From Candidatus Poribacteria bacterium (GTDB lineage: Bacteria > Poribacteria > WGA-4E > JAJDTR01), in the NCBI GenBank assembly GCA_965222225.1, contig CBDCTK010000002.1, positions 4,160,001-4,224,000 on the forward strand: a DNA stretch of 64,000 bases, read 5' to 3'. Both the position numbers and the translations under genes were made by a program. Of the stretch, positions 51,401 to 61,544 are shown one piece after another (the first letter of the stretch is position 1; the number at the start of each line of letters is the position of its first letter). The notes under the pieces are model-generated. The model was not told the DNA's origin and made no database searches. It saw only the letters and a program-made list of their open reading frames with translations.

Positions 51401-54247
51401 ATGCGAACGGAAGATGGTCATATCATTCAAAAATGCCTTGATGGAGACGCCGCCGCATTTGGCTTGCTCGTAGACAAGTACAAAGGTAGTGTGTACGGAT
51501 TGGCTTACGCCAAGCTCGGCGATTTTCACGACGCGCAAGACATGACCCAGGAAGTATTTCTCAAAGCGTATCAGAAACTTCGTACGCTGAAACGGTGGGA
51601 CAAGTTTCTGTCATGGCTTTATGCCATCACTTCCAATTCGTGCAAAGATTTCTTGCGCTCCAAGGCGAGCCGTCCCGATGGAGAGTACGTTACCGACCAA
51701 GAAAAAGAGCGCTTGGACAAGATTTCAATCAACTCTCATCACGAGGACAAACTCCATCAAACGCTCCGGGAAGCCTTGTCCGAATTGCCCGAGATACATC
51801 GGCAAGTCTTGTCCCTTCACTATTTGGGAGGATTGAGTTGCAGAGAGATTGCGCAGTTTCTCGGAATCTCTCCCCATGCGATTGCCATGCGACTCAGCCG
51901 CGCCCGCGCTAAATTGAGGAAGGAGATGTTGACGATGATGCATTCTAGTTTTGACGGACAGAAACTTCATTCCGCTTTCACGCTAAACATCGTTGAGATA
52001 ATTCGACGAACGCAAATCCAACCGAATCCGCAAGTACCCGTCATTCCCATAGGGATTGCCGTAGTCAGCCTACTGACGCTATCAATGTTGTACCTATTCG
52101 TCTCCATCGATCAATTTCCGGCAATTGGTAAACTAGTCGGAGCGCCTATCTTAAGCGAAACCAGAATCGCGGAGGTCGGCGAGATTCCAGTGGATGTGGT
52201 TATGCTTTCAAAGTCGTCGGTTGTTTCGAGTGGCGATGGGAAGAGGGATTTGGAAAGGAATTCACGACAAACGAATGATGTGCAGGCTCTGAATACCCAG
52301 ACCGATGTAGAATCAAGTAGCCTCAATGAACCGATGGCACGTCTCGGCAACGTTACAGTTCGCGAAATAGCCTATTCCCCGGATGGTAGCCTGATTGCCA
52401 TCGCGGGCGCAATTGGAATCTGGTTCTATGATGCCGAATCACTCGTGGAAGTCGGGAGGATAGCACAAGGCGCGAGATATATCGCTTTCAGTCCCAACGG
52501 ACGAATTTTGGCGTCAGGACATTGGTCAGACCGGACTGTTCATCTATGGGATGTAAAGACACGAGAACCGGTTGGACGTTTGGTGTGCGCAGATGATTGG
52601 GGAGCGACCGCCTTAACGTTTGCCCTTGACGGCAAAACCTTGGCTGTAGGCTACGCACATGGAGATGCGAATGGAGTTATTGGTTTGTGGAATATCGGTA
52701 CACAACAACAAACCGCGCGGCTGAACACGCCTGCACGTTACTTGTGGGCTTTAGCCTTCAGTCCTGACGGGCAGTTGTTGGCTTCGGGAGGGCATAAAAA
52801 TGCCGGCATCAGTTTGTGGAACGTGCGGTCACATGCACTCGTGGCGACATTTGAAGGACATAATGAGAAACCCTACAATCATGAAGTTTCGACGGTAGCT
52901 TTTAGTCCAGACGGAGAGACTTTGGCTTCGGGGAGCGCCTTCGATAACACAGTTCGACTTTGGGAGGTAGCGACTGGGAGGCTAGTCGCAAAGTTGTCAA
53001 AGAGTAATCCAAATCAAGAATATCAAGGTGTTAACTCTGTCGCCTTTAACCGGGACGGCACCCTCCTGACATCGTCTGGAGATGACGGTAAAATCCTACT
53101 GTGGGACACTCAAACGTTGAAGCAGATTGGAGTGTTAGAGACAGATGCCGGCAGCGTGTCTTCCATCGCGTTTCGTCCGGATGGAAAAACACTTGTGTCG
53201 CTGAATGGCGGGGATGCAGAATCCGCAAGGCACAAAGGTGGAGACATGACTCTCTGCCTATGGAATGTGAAGACACACGAGCAGATTGCCGCAATGCGGC
53301 ACCATAATGCTGAGATCGAATCAGCGGCACTCAGTCCGGACGGAATGCTGCTCGCGTCAGGGCGTCAAGATGGTGTTGTTGCGCTTTGGGATATGCGCAC
53401 TGAGAAGCTGTCCGCAGCCTTGGGGGGTCACATCGCAACGGTGAAGTCCGTGGCATTCAGTTCCGATGGGACGCTACTGGCTTCAGGCGAGAGAGAGCAC
53501 GCGCGACTGTGGGATGTCCACAAGGGACAGCTGATCGCAGTTTTCAAGCACAGAGCGATCGTGGAATCGGTTGCGTTTAGCCCAAATGGGAAAATTCTTG
53601 CCTGTGTCGATGACACCTGCATACGACTCTGGGACACGAAACGGCAGAAAAGAATCGCAGTGTTGGGGAAACAGCCTCCACGCGAAATTACCACTTTTTG
53701 GGACAGATTGTATGCAAGATTCATAAGCATAGAACCTTTCAGGGACTATCCTGACCCATACGTGAGCACCATACAGTCGGTGGCATTCAGTCCGGACGGA
53801 AAATTGCTGGCTTCAGGAGGGTTTGACAATAAAGTACGCGTGTGGAACGTAGCGAAACGACGGGAAATCTTCACACGAGAACTGGACGAATATAGCGACA
53901 TATATGCTGTTGCATTCAGCCCTGACGGGAAGACGGTGGCTTCGGCCGGAATTCACAGAAAAATCCATTTATGGCACCCGGCGGAACGGAAGTTAATCGG
54001 GACGTTGAACACACAGGGATGGTGCAAAGCACTCGCTTTCAGTCCGGACGGTCGTTTTCTCGCCGCCGGGGCCGAGGCGAAGGTCGGTGTGTGGGATATG
54101 GCAGCACACGCGCAGGTGATGACCCTTGAAGGATGCCAGAGGATAGTTAATTCAGTCACGTTCAGTCGTGACGGTAAAACGCTCGTGGCAAGTAGTGAGG
54201 ACGGTACCATCCGAGTTTGGGATACTAGCGGACTCGGCGGCGATTAG
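51401..54247 (+). CDS. ECF sigma factor fused via a TM helix to a WD40 beta-propeller region
   Basis: Sigma2 (DAQDMTQEVFLKAY), sigma4 (EIAQFLGIS...RLSRAR), hydrophobic segment, more than a dozen AFSPDG/W[DN] repeats. Confidence 0.9.
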   Translation: MRTEDGHIIQKCLDGDAAAFGLLVDKYKGSVYGLAYAKLGDFHDAQDMTQEVFLKAYQKLRTLKRWDKFLSWLYAITSNSCKDFLRSKASRPDGEYVTDQEKERLDKISINSHHEDKLHQTLREALSELPEIHRQVLSLHYLGGLSCREIAQFLGISPHAIAMRLSRARAKLRKEMLTMMHSSFDGQKLHSAFTLNIVEIIRRTQIQPNPQVPVIPIGIAVVSLLTLSMLYLFVSIDQFPAIGKLVGAPILSETRIAEVGEIPVDVVMLSKSSVVSSGDGKRDLERNSRQTNDVQALNTQTDVESSSLNEPMARLGNVTVREIAYSPDGSLIAIAGAIGIWFYDAESLVEVGRIAQGARYIAFSPNGRILASGHWSDRTVHLWDVKTREPVGRLVCADDWGATALTFALDGKTLAVGYAHGDANGVIGLWNIGTQQQTARLNTPARYLWALAFSPDGQLLASGGHKNAGISLWNVRSHALVATFEGHNEKPYNHEVSTVAFSPDGETLASGSAFDNTVRLWEVATGRLVAKLSKSNPNQEYQGVNSVAFNRDGTLLTSSGDDGKILLWDTQTLKQIGVLETDAGSVSSIAFRPDGKTLVSLNGGDAESARHKGGDMTLCLWNVKTHEQIAAMRHHNAEIESAALSPDGMLLASGRQDGVVALWDMRTEKLSAALGGHIATVKSVAFSSDGTLLASGEREHARLWDVHKGQLIAVFKHRAIVESVAFSPNGKILACVDDTCIRLWDTKRQKRIAVLGKQPPREITTFWDRLYARFISIEPFRDYPDPYVSTIQSVAFSPDGKLLASGGFDNKVRVWNVAKRREIFTRELDEYSDIYAVAFSPDGKTVASAGIHRKIHLWHPAERKLIGTLNTQGWCKALAFSPDGRFLAAGAEAKVGVWDMAAHAQVMTLEGCQRIVNSVTFSRDGKTLVASSEDGTIRVWDTSGLGGD

Positions 54248-54336
54248 CGTATTTTTTTACAGACGGTTGCGCTTTAATGCCTAATTTTCAGGCTCGAATT
54301 GGTGGGGGATTTCGATCGTAGTCATTATCCATTCCT

Positions 54337-57300
54337 TTAATCGGTGCCCACCCTACAATTACGCAGCCAGTTTAAACCCAGCGCCGCGCTGCAGACAATC
54401 TTTGGCAGGTCGGCATTCTGGGTCTCCTGTTGCCTCGTATTCCGCACATGCATGTTGTGTTGGCGGTAGAGATGGCTCAAGTTCCTGAGCTGCGCGGTTC
54501 CCGTCACCCCGTTTCGGCGCAGCAGATTAAGTTCTCGGTTGAGGGCGTCCGAAATCGAGCCGCGGAAGGATTCCTCCATCTCCTTGATGCCCTCTCGAAC
54601 GTCTTCGTCGCGTTCCTCCTTAAAGATGAACTGCAATTCCCGAAGCACATAGCGTTGCGCCTGCGTCAACGAAAGTCTATGCCGCCGTTCGGTTTGGCGA
54701 TGTCTGATTTCTTGAGCGAATATCCGCTTGACCCGCATGACGGTCTCGTTGTAATCGGGAGGCAGCCTGCCACCCGGGAGGTCGGGAGTGCACTTGATGG
54801 TGTTGAGGATTCGGGTGATATCTCTCGAGATAATCTCGCCCGCCTCGTCCAAAAGGAAGAGTTGCTGAAATCGACCGGCTTGACAAAACAGATAGACGCC
54901 TCTTGAACTTTTCGGCATGGCGGCGCGGATTCCGTCTCGAAGATTCGCGATTCGTTCAAATTCCTCCGGATCGTCTCGGCGCAACTGCCTCAGCATTTCT
55001 TCCGCCTCGTTAAGGTCCATCAACTCTTCATCGTCATCGAACAGACTCAACTGATCGCCTTTTTGTTCATAGATGGCGTACATCGCATCTGGGTTGAGTT
55101 GCTCGGATTTGTCAAGGATAGCGGCATCCTCGCCTATGGTGTCGTGTATGTCCTGAATGCGGAAGCGCAGTTTCTCTCGCAGCCCCAAATTCCGTTCAAT
55201 GCCGGTTTCCGGGAGAAAGTTAAATCCATAGATTTCATCGTGTTCGCTACCGATACGGTCAATTCGCCCGAATCGCTGGATAAGCCGCACGGGATTCCAG
55301 TGGAGATCGTAGTTGATGATTTTGTTCCCATCCTGTAGGTTTAATCCTTCCGCCAGAACATCGGTCGCGATGAGCATGGACAGCTCCGATTCGCCGCGTT
55401 GGAATCGGTATTCCGGATTGGCTTTCGGCGCGAACCGTCCCACCGCCCGTTCCTTGCTTTTATCTCCGCTAAAGATGACATCAATATCGTCTCGCTCGGT
55501 ATTGGGGTTGAGATTTTCAAACAGATAACGCGCCGTGTCCGCATATTGCGTGAAGATTAGGCGTTTCCCGTCGCGAAGAGGAGACTCGCTTAAGCGGTCT
55601 TTGAGCGTTTGAAGTTTGGCGTCTTGGTCGGGCGTAATCGGATTAACTAGTCCCAAAATCTCACTCAAGAGTTTTATGTCGTTTCCGAGGTGTTCTTGGA
55701 GCAGATTGACATTGAAGTCGGCAATCTCGTATCGTCCCGAAGCCTTCCTTAACTCCTCCATGAGTTCCTGTTCTTCCACGGCGGATGGCTCGTAAAGTAG
55801 CGCCTGAGCCGCGTCACCCGCCGGGACAATTCCGTTTTCGAGTGCCTCCGCGAAGAGTCGGTGTAGGTTGAGCAGTCTGTGAATCGTTTGCCTAAAGGCG
55901 TACACGCTTGACTCAAAACGTTTGAATAGAAGCACTCGCATCAGGCCTCGAAGGTTTGCGCCCGAACTCTGTAAGTTGATATAGGGTTCCTGCTTCTGTT
56001 TAGACTCAACCACGTAGTTCCACAGTCCGTAACGCGCGTAGGTAAGCTCGCCTACCGCGATTGAAGTTGAATCTCCGCGGCGCGGTTTACCCAAGTAGCC
56101 GCGCAACTCATGATAGAGCCCCTGATAGGTGTCCTCGATGCTGTAGGATACGGTTTCCAAAATACGCTTGGGAAAGAATTGCTTGTTTCCGCCGACGAGG
56201 ACGTAAGCCTTCCGATTGCCGTTTAGGTACTGCTGAAATCTGGACGGATCAACGGGTTGTTCGGTCTGAGCATCGAAACCGTACCATCGCAAGATGTGAT
56301 TTCGTGTGCGTCGGATAAGGATGTTGCTCAGTATATCGGGCAGATTCCGCTCACCCTTCTCAATTTTGCGGAAATACTCTCGTATATCGGGCGGGTCTAT
56401 TGGCAGATCGGAGATGTCGTTGGGGTGGAAGAGCTTAATTTGATGGAACACATCCCACGCGCTCTTGTTGCGCGGGGTTGCGGTGAGGAAACAGCAGCGC
56501 CGCCCGGTCCCCAAGAACGACTGGACGACCTTATAGCGTTGTGTATCGGAATGGCGAAAGTTGTGGCTTTCGTCAATGAGCACAAAATCGCGGTCGCGGT
56601 ACATGACATCATCGAGTATCGAGGAGGGTATTCCATCTATGTCCTCACCGACTCGCTCATGCAACTTTCCCATGGAAAGCACGCGGGCGTTGAGGTGATA
56701 GACCTCATTGTAGCGTTCCCACATGTCGACCAGCGGAGCCGGGCAAATAATCAACGGACGCGCATTCTCCGTCCATTCAAAGTGCTTGATGATGGCGGCG
56801 CCGACGTAGCTCTTTCCGAGACCGACGACATCCGAAACAAAGACGCCGCCGTTGTCGCGAATAATCTGCACCGCTTGTCGGACGGCGACCTTTTGGAAGT
56901 CCGCCAACTGTCTGGTAAGGTCATCCGCCCAGAGTAGCTCCCGATCATCCCCGCCTTCCAGTCGGTCTTTGACTAATTCGTAGAGCGTTTTCATGTAAAT
57001 GTCGTAGGGCTTGACGAGTGCGAATCCCCAGGAGGCCTTCATCGCCTCCATCAGGGACTCGTCAAAGTCTTGCGAGTCGTCCCAGAGTTCGTCGAACCAG
57101 CGACCCAGTTCGGCGTGGTTGGCGTTTCCCTGCACGACAACATTAAGCTCGCTGTTGTGATTCAGACCGGACAACGTGAGGTTGGACGACCCGACAATGG
57201 CGGCGCCCTTCTCGTATCGTCCATCTTCGCGATAGTCGAAGATGTAGGCTTTGGCGTGTAGCCGTCCTTTGGTATAGACGCGCACTAAAAGGCGCTTCTC

Positions 57301-57687
57301 GGCGATCATCCGGACTAGCGACTTTATCAGGACTTCGGCTTGGTCAGTCTGATCCATGAATTCAACGGATTCGCTGATGTTTTCCGCGGTGTCTTCCGCC
57401 ATCTGCCGGAGATTCGCCCGTTTGGGGTAAACTTGGGCTTCGGCAATTTCCGCAACCTGTTCCAACCTTTGATGCCCCTCGGCAAGCTGCTCCAGCGTCT
57501 CCAGATTCGTGGTGTTGCCGATCAACAGACGGAGTTCTTTTACACCCTTGAGTTCTTCGGCAATACTCTGGAAACCGGAGAGGAAAAAGTATCCGACTGC
57601 GAACCTCGCCCTCTCGGTTGAGTCAAGAATGAGGCTGATGTGATCGACTAATTTTTCGCTGCGGTTGTCGATGATGTCGTGTGGCAT
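54337..57687 (-). CDS. PLD nuclease + SNF2/SF2 helicase fusion
   Basis: LHAKAY..GSSN (HKD-type), DVVGLGKS, DESH, TATP, FTQY.DT, EGLNLQ, QRFGRIDRIG. Confidence 0.9.
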   Translation of the reverse strand: MPHDIIDNRSEKLVDHISLILDSTERARFAVGYFFLSGFQSIAEELKGVKELRLLIGNTTNLETLEQLAEGHQRLEQVAEIAEAQVYPKRANLRQMAEDTAENISESVEFMDQTDQAEVLIKSLVRMIAEKRLLVRVYTKGRLHAKAYIFDYREDGRYEKGAAIVGSSNLTLSGLNHNSELNVVVQGNANHAELGRWFDELWDDSQDFDESLMEAMKASWGFALVKPYDIYMKTLYELVKDRLEGGDDRELLWADDLTRQLADFQKVAVRQAVQIIRDNGGVFVSDVVGLGKSYVGAAIIKHFEWTENARPLIICPAPLVDMWERYNEVYHLNARVLSMGKLHERVGEDIDGIPSSILDDVMYRDRDFVLIDESHNFRHSDTQRYKVVQSFLGTGRRCCFLTATPRNKSAWDVFHQIKLFHPNDISDLPIDPPDIREYFRKIEKGERNLPDILSNILIRRTRNHILRWYGFDAQTEQPVDPSRFQQYLNGNRKAYVLVGGNKQFFPKRILETVSYSIEDTYQGLYHELRGYLGKPRRGDSTSIAVGELTYARYGLWNYVVESKQKQEPYINLQSSGANLRGLMRVLLFKRFESSVYAFRQTIHRLLNLHRLFAEALENGIVPAGDAAQALLYEPSAVEEQELMEELRKASGRYEIADFNVNLLQEHLGNDIKLLSEILGLVNPITPDQDAKLQTLKDRLSESPLRDGKRLIFTQYADTARYLFENLNPNTERDDIDVIFSGDKSKERAVGRFAPKANPEYRFQRGESELSMLIATDVLAEGLNLQDGNKIINYDLHWNPVRLIQRFGRIDRIGSEHDEIYGFNFLPETGIERNLGLREKLRFRIQDIHDTIGEDAAILDKSEQLNPDAMYAIYEQKGDQLSLFDDDEELMDLNEAEEMLRQLRRDDPEEFERIANLRDGIRAAMPKSSRGVYLFCQAGRFQQLFLLDEAGEIISRDITRILNTIKCTPDLPGGRLPPDYNETVMRVKRIFAQEIRHRQTERRHRLSLTQAQRYVLRELQFIFKEERDEDVREGIKEMEESFRGSISDALNRELNLLRRNGVTGTAQLRNLSHLYRQHNMHVRNTRQQETQNADLPKIVCSAALGLNWLRNCRVGTD

Positions 57688-57702
57688 TTGCTTTCAAGTA
57701 CC

Positions 57703-58311
57703 TCACAGGTTGCCCAAAGTTGTCCATGCTTCATCATAGTTTTCTAGGATTTCCTCACCTTGCCAAGAGTTGTAAATAGCTCGTCCGATTTCCTCAAGCA
57801 TAGATTCATCGTACCACCCGCCTATGTTTGCATGTTCTCGCGCTATAGCAATGAAGTCCTCACGGGAGTGCGGCTTATCCTTGTATTTTTTCGGTGTCTT
57901 GACACCCGCCAATTTCTGTTCTAAAACCTGATAAACTTGCTCAACGGTCATGGAGCGCAAATCAAGATATCCGACTGTCATTAGGAACCCGGGAATCTCT
58001 GTATCGTCAAGACAGACGGGTAGAATATACTCTCGGTATTTCTCGACAAAAGCTCTTGCCCGGGCACTCTCGCGTTCATGCTTTGGCAACCACTTGCGGT
58101 CATAGTGTTCGGACAGGAACATCACGCAGTAATGCGCTTGATTTTGATAAACCGATGACAATTCATCATAGAGATTCTTCCCTTGGAGGTTAGGTTTCTC
58201 ATATTCGTCGTAAAAGACCCGGTAACCTCCCGATTTTAGAAGCCGAGCTAATTCTTTGGCGTGGAGGCGATCTTCTCCAGCAAAGGAAAGGGCGACATCG
58301 TACTTTTCCAT
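57703..58311 (-). CDS. TIR-domain protein (TIR_2) with short C-terminal extension
   Basis: YDVALSFAGEDR, VFYDEYE, FLS..Y..KW..HE (putative catalytic E), YILPV, GYLDLR. Confidence 0.88.
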   Translation of the reverse strand: MEKYDVALSFAGEDRLHAKELARLLKSGGYRVFYDEYEKPNLQGKNLYDELSSVYQNQAHYCVMFLSEHYDRKWLPKHERESARARAFVEKYREYILPVCLDDTEIPGFLMTVGYLDLRSMTVEQVYQVLEQKLAGVKTPKKYKDKPHSREDFIAIAREHANIGGWYDESMLEEIGRAIYNSWQGEEILENYDEAWTTLGNL

Positions 58312-58556
58312 CTTGTGTGCTCCTTCAACGAAACTTGAATACTGACCGCTGTAAGACTAGAGGTGAATGGTTCAATCTTACATCGCCGCTTGTTATGGTC
58401 GATTTCATTTTCGGCAACTGTTTAGTCTAACGGTTTTTCGAATGATGCGAGGAATCGCTTATGATTTTAGCGCGTATTGTTAAACGTATGTCAACCTTAT
58501 TTTTGCAAAGACATTCCCAGCGCTATTATCTACTTTACAAGTTATCGTAGGTATGC

Positions 58557-58799
58557 ACATTCCGCTCCTCTGGAGCGGGAGAGACAGACACTCCTAGGCT
58601 ACAGACATGGACAATCTCTATCGCACTCGTTATTCACTCGCTTGATCCCCGCTGGGGCTTTGGTGCACGGGGTTTTGGCGTTTCTATACACCTTCGGGAT
58701 CTCTATCGCACTCGCTATTCGCTCCCTTGATCCCACGCTGGGGCTTTTAGAGGCTGGTGCGCAGTGCGCACCCTACAAATGTACTTTTCAAACAGGTTC
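58557..58799 (-). mobile_element. Partial MITE copy C with two single 36/37-nt insertions
   Basis: One TIR (TTCAAACAGGTTC-TTA); colinear with copy B; units at 58696-58731 and 58610-58646; ends in a GCTCCAGAGGAGC palindrome instead of the second TIR. Confidence 0.8.
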
Positions 58800-58838
58800 T
58801 TAAAGTATCCTCAACCGCAAGAATCACGCTGTTCAAGC

Positions 58839-59993
58839 TCATGAGAGTGAACTCAGTTGATTGGGATGTTCGGGTTTGGTTCTCGAAAGCACGACTTCTG
58901 CCACCGTTAACCCTTCCTCAAGAAGCGGCTTGACATCGGCAATATCGGAGGCTATCTCGACTGCCGTTCCCTCTTTTGCAGGGGTGCGCAGGAGAACTTC
59001 CCTGCCATCGATCCCTTGATCAGTCAACAATGCGTCGCTATGAGTACTCACGAACACCTGTCGTCGCCGTCTTCGTTGCATCTTCGAAATCAGGGCGGCG
59101 AGTTGCGATACAATGCCGGCGTTCAAGGAAAGTTCGGGCTCCTCCAGTAGGAGGACGGACTCACTTTCAAGAAGCGTCCAAAGTAGCCCCAGAAGACGAA
59201 GTGTGCCGTCAGAAAACTGATCTTCGCGTTGCCAGCCCGCATTTGGACGCCAGTGGGAGTAAAGCGCCTGCAGGTGAGGACGGCCGGTAGATTCGTCACG
59301 GATGAATTCCAACTGCTCAAGCTGAGGCACGGCAAATTTGAGCGCTTGCTCAATAGTTTTTAAGCGTGACCGACGCGTTTTTGGCGTGATGCCCGCAACC
59401 CTCTCAAGAAATCCCTGCCCAAACGGGTCATCCTCAATGGCTCTTCCCTGAATCGAATTAGCAAACCGCAAGAGTTGAGGTACTAAATGAAGGTAAGTCA
59501 CCGTTTGGAGGAAACGCGCGATTTCGCGAAAATCGGCGATGACATTGATCTGCTCAAGAAAGGTCTGCGTCAGTCGATCACGATCGGCTTCATCTTCTTC
59601 GGTTGGCCTAGCTAGGAGTTGCGCGCCGTTTTTCCACACGCACTCATGCGTGAGATAGGTGTGGCGGTGACCTCGTGGTTCTTGTCGAAATCCTAACGAG
59701 TATCGCCAAGTTGCGGAAGTGTCCGCATCGTCTGCAAGATGAATCTCAATCGTAATTTCCGGATCTCTCCGCGCCGCTAGATTTCGGATTTTGGAGAGGC
59801 CGCCCCGGTCCTTGACGGCTTTTTGAAAACCTCCGCCTTCAGACTTTACGACATCTCGGAGAAAACGGAAAATGTCAAGAAGATTCGATTTCCCGGACGC
59901 ATTTGCGCCGACGATGAATTGACGTTCGCTGAGGTGAACATCAATCTCCCGAAAATTTCTCCAGTTCTTGGCGACGAGACGATTAATAATCAT
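58839..59993 (-). CDS. AAA_21/SMC-like ABC ATPase
   Basis: KNWRNF, GANASGKSN, FSDGTLR, LLEEPE, STHS. Confidence 0.88.
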   Translation of the reverse strand: MIINRLVAKNWRNFREIDVHLSERQFIVGANASGKSNLLDIFRFLRDVVKSEGGGFQKAVKDRGGLSKIRNLAARRDPEITIEIHLADDADTSATWRYSLGFRQEPRGHRHTYLTHECVWKNGAQLLARPTEEDEADRDRLTQTFLEQINVIADFREIARFLQTVTYLHLVPQLLRFANSIQGRAIEDDPFGQGFLERVAGITPKTRRSRLKTIEQALKFAVPQLEQLEFIRDESTGRPHLQALYSHWRPNAGWQREDQFSDGTLRLLGLLWTLLESESVLLLEEPELSLNAGIVSQLAALISKMQRRRRRQVFVSTHSDALLTDQGIDGREVLLRTPAKEGTAVEIASDIADVKPLLEEGLTVAEVVLSRTKPEHPNQLSSLS

Positions 59994-60347
59994 GGCGTCT
60001 CCTTAAGTTTTTCTGATTGTCTTCGTGTGCTAAAATCATTTACCTCAGACGCTATATTCGTGTAGATTTCTTTGCTGCTTTGATCACTTTGATGAGGTAC
60101 TCAATGTCTCCAAGAGTGACATACGGCGGTTGCTGCATTGCCTTGATAAGGCGTTGAGCACTCGCATTTTTTCGGTCGGTAGTGGCGCCGATTTATCCTC
60201 AGGTTGTTCGATTAGCATTGTGGCTTGCTGCTGCAATTCCGCTTTTCGCACGGTATCGTTCCTCCGTTTGCCAAATCCGAGGGAGAAGTGGTCTGTTTTA
60301 CGATGCTAAATGCGTAATTCCCATGGTATTGGCTTTTCCCGTTCAGA

Positions 60348-60623
60348 CTAGGAGCGATAGGCTCTGCCACGCTGATAGATGGTTCTAATAATGCACTCCC
60401 GGTTCATTGTGTCTACACTGTAGACAATCCGATAACTTCCGACGCGGTATCGGTATTGTCCACGATACTTGCCCTTCAATTTGACGATGTTTGGTCCGAA
60501 CAGTGGATTCTGGGCTAACAGAGCAATCGCCCGATTTACTCGGCGCTTCATATTGGTATCAAGCGCGTTATAGTGTTTCTCCGCCTCGGCGGTGAATAGC
60601 ACATTAAATATCGCTTTCAACAT
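60348..60623 (-). CDS. RelE/ParE family toxin
   Basis: LAQNP...KLKG....YRYRVGSYRIVY. Start uncertain. Confidence 0.85.
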   Translation of the reverse strand: MLKAIFNVLFTAEAEKHYNALDTNMKRRVNRAIALLAQNPLFGPNIVKLKGKYRGQYRYRVGSYRIVYSVDTMNRECIIRTIYQRGRAYRS

Positions 60624-60834
60624 CAGCCCAACGCTTTAGCCTGCCCGCCTTGACATCCGTTTCCGCACGTTTCAGACTCTCGGCAACTTCCGGGTCACTC
60701 ATTAACTCGTGAGTTGCTTCCCATGCTTCTTTATCTTGAAGATATGCCAGATAGTCATGCGCTATTTTCAGTTTGTCAGCGGAAAGTTGCTCAATTAACA
60801 TTATCGCACGTTGCTTTAACTCGGTTTTGCGCAT
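60604..60834 (-). CDS. Antitoxin partner of RelE
   Basis: Directly upstream and overlapping; EATHELMSDPEVAESLKRAETDVKAGR..W is a typical RelB/YefM-like tail. Confidence 0.75.
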   Translation of the reverse strand: MRKTELKQRAIMLIEQLSADKLKIAHDYLAYLQDKEAWEATHELMSDPEVAESLKRAETDVKAGRLKRWADVESDI

Positions 60835-60862
60835 ACATTTCTCCTTCCGTTTTCTGTGCACT

Positions 60863-60941
60863 TTGTCTGAATCGCGGATTCAGGGATCTCTATCGCACTC
60901 GTTATCCACTCGCTTGATCGGATTAAGGGATTACGCGGATT
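60863..60941 (-). repeat. TTGTCTGAATCGCGGATT repeat carrying one clean 36-nt insertion (60883-60918)
   Basis: Minus strand: TAATCCG[ATCAAGCGAGTGGATAACGAGTGCGATAGAGATCCC]TGAATCCGCGATTCAGACAA. Confidence 0.85.
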
Positions 60942-61060
60942 GAGTTTGCCTGAAGCGCCGATACGCCTTATCAGTTCGCTTAAACTGCGAAGCAGGGCTA
61001 ATTCTCCGTGTAAATTATAGCATACCTTGCGCGGTTAAGGCGGCCGCGGGGTTGTTTGAT

Positions 61061-61243
61061 TCACGCCGCTATTTTAGCCATGCTGTCTAGCGCCTCTGCT
61101 ACATCACGTACCGCAAGAAGGAACGCTTCTATGTCCTCGTCTTTCTCATAATCTTCAAGCGCAACGGAAAGGTATATCTTTGCGTCCTCCGGATCGCGTA
61201 GTTGTTCAATATGAAAGCCTTTGAAGCGTCTATAATTGCTCAT
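61061..61243 (-). pseudogene. Truncated addiction-module antidote protein
   Basis: LRDPEDAKIYL..ALE......AFL.A.RDVAEA, stops before the expected HTH. Confidence 0.65.
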
Positions 61244-61363
61244 TTTCTAACTCCCTAGCAGCTCTGATCGCCCGAACCAAACTGCAACCGAAGCTCAAAA
61301 CCCCGACTCGTGGGTTCGCATCATCACATATTGTCACATATTGTCACAAATTTTCGGGAGAAT

Positions 61364-61389
61364 GTCGCGATTCGGAGATCGCTCCTACA
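61364..61389 (-). repeat. GTAG-family REP
   Basis: GTAGGAGCGATCTCCGAATCGCGAC on the minus strand; a degenerate copy lies at about 51068-51092. Confidence 0.7.
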
Positions 61390-61544
61390 GAACTAGGGAT
61401 CGGAGCGTGTTGCCTGCATCGCGGAATGGCGGGGATTCCATCCTTGATTTGATTAAAGGATTACGCGGATTGAATTCGTTTGAGATGGATAGACCTAGAC
61501 AGCATACCGTCATTTTTCATCTGACTCGGTGAGATACTTCCTCT

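Noticed and set aside
54430-57621. Plus-strand ORFs (54430..54906, 56257..56937 and others)
   Set aside because: Antisense shadows of the helicase.
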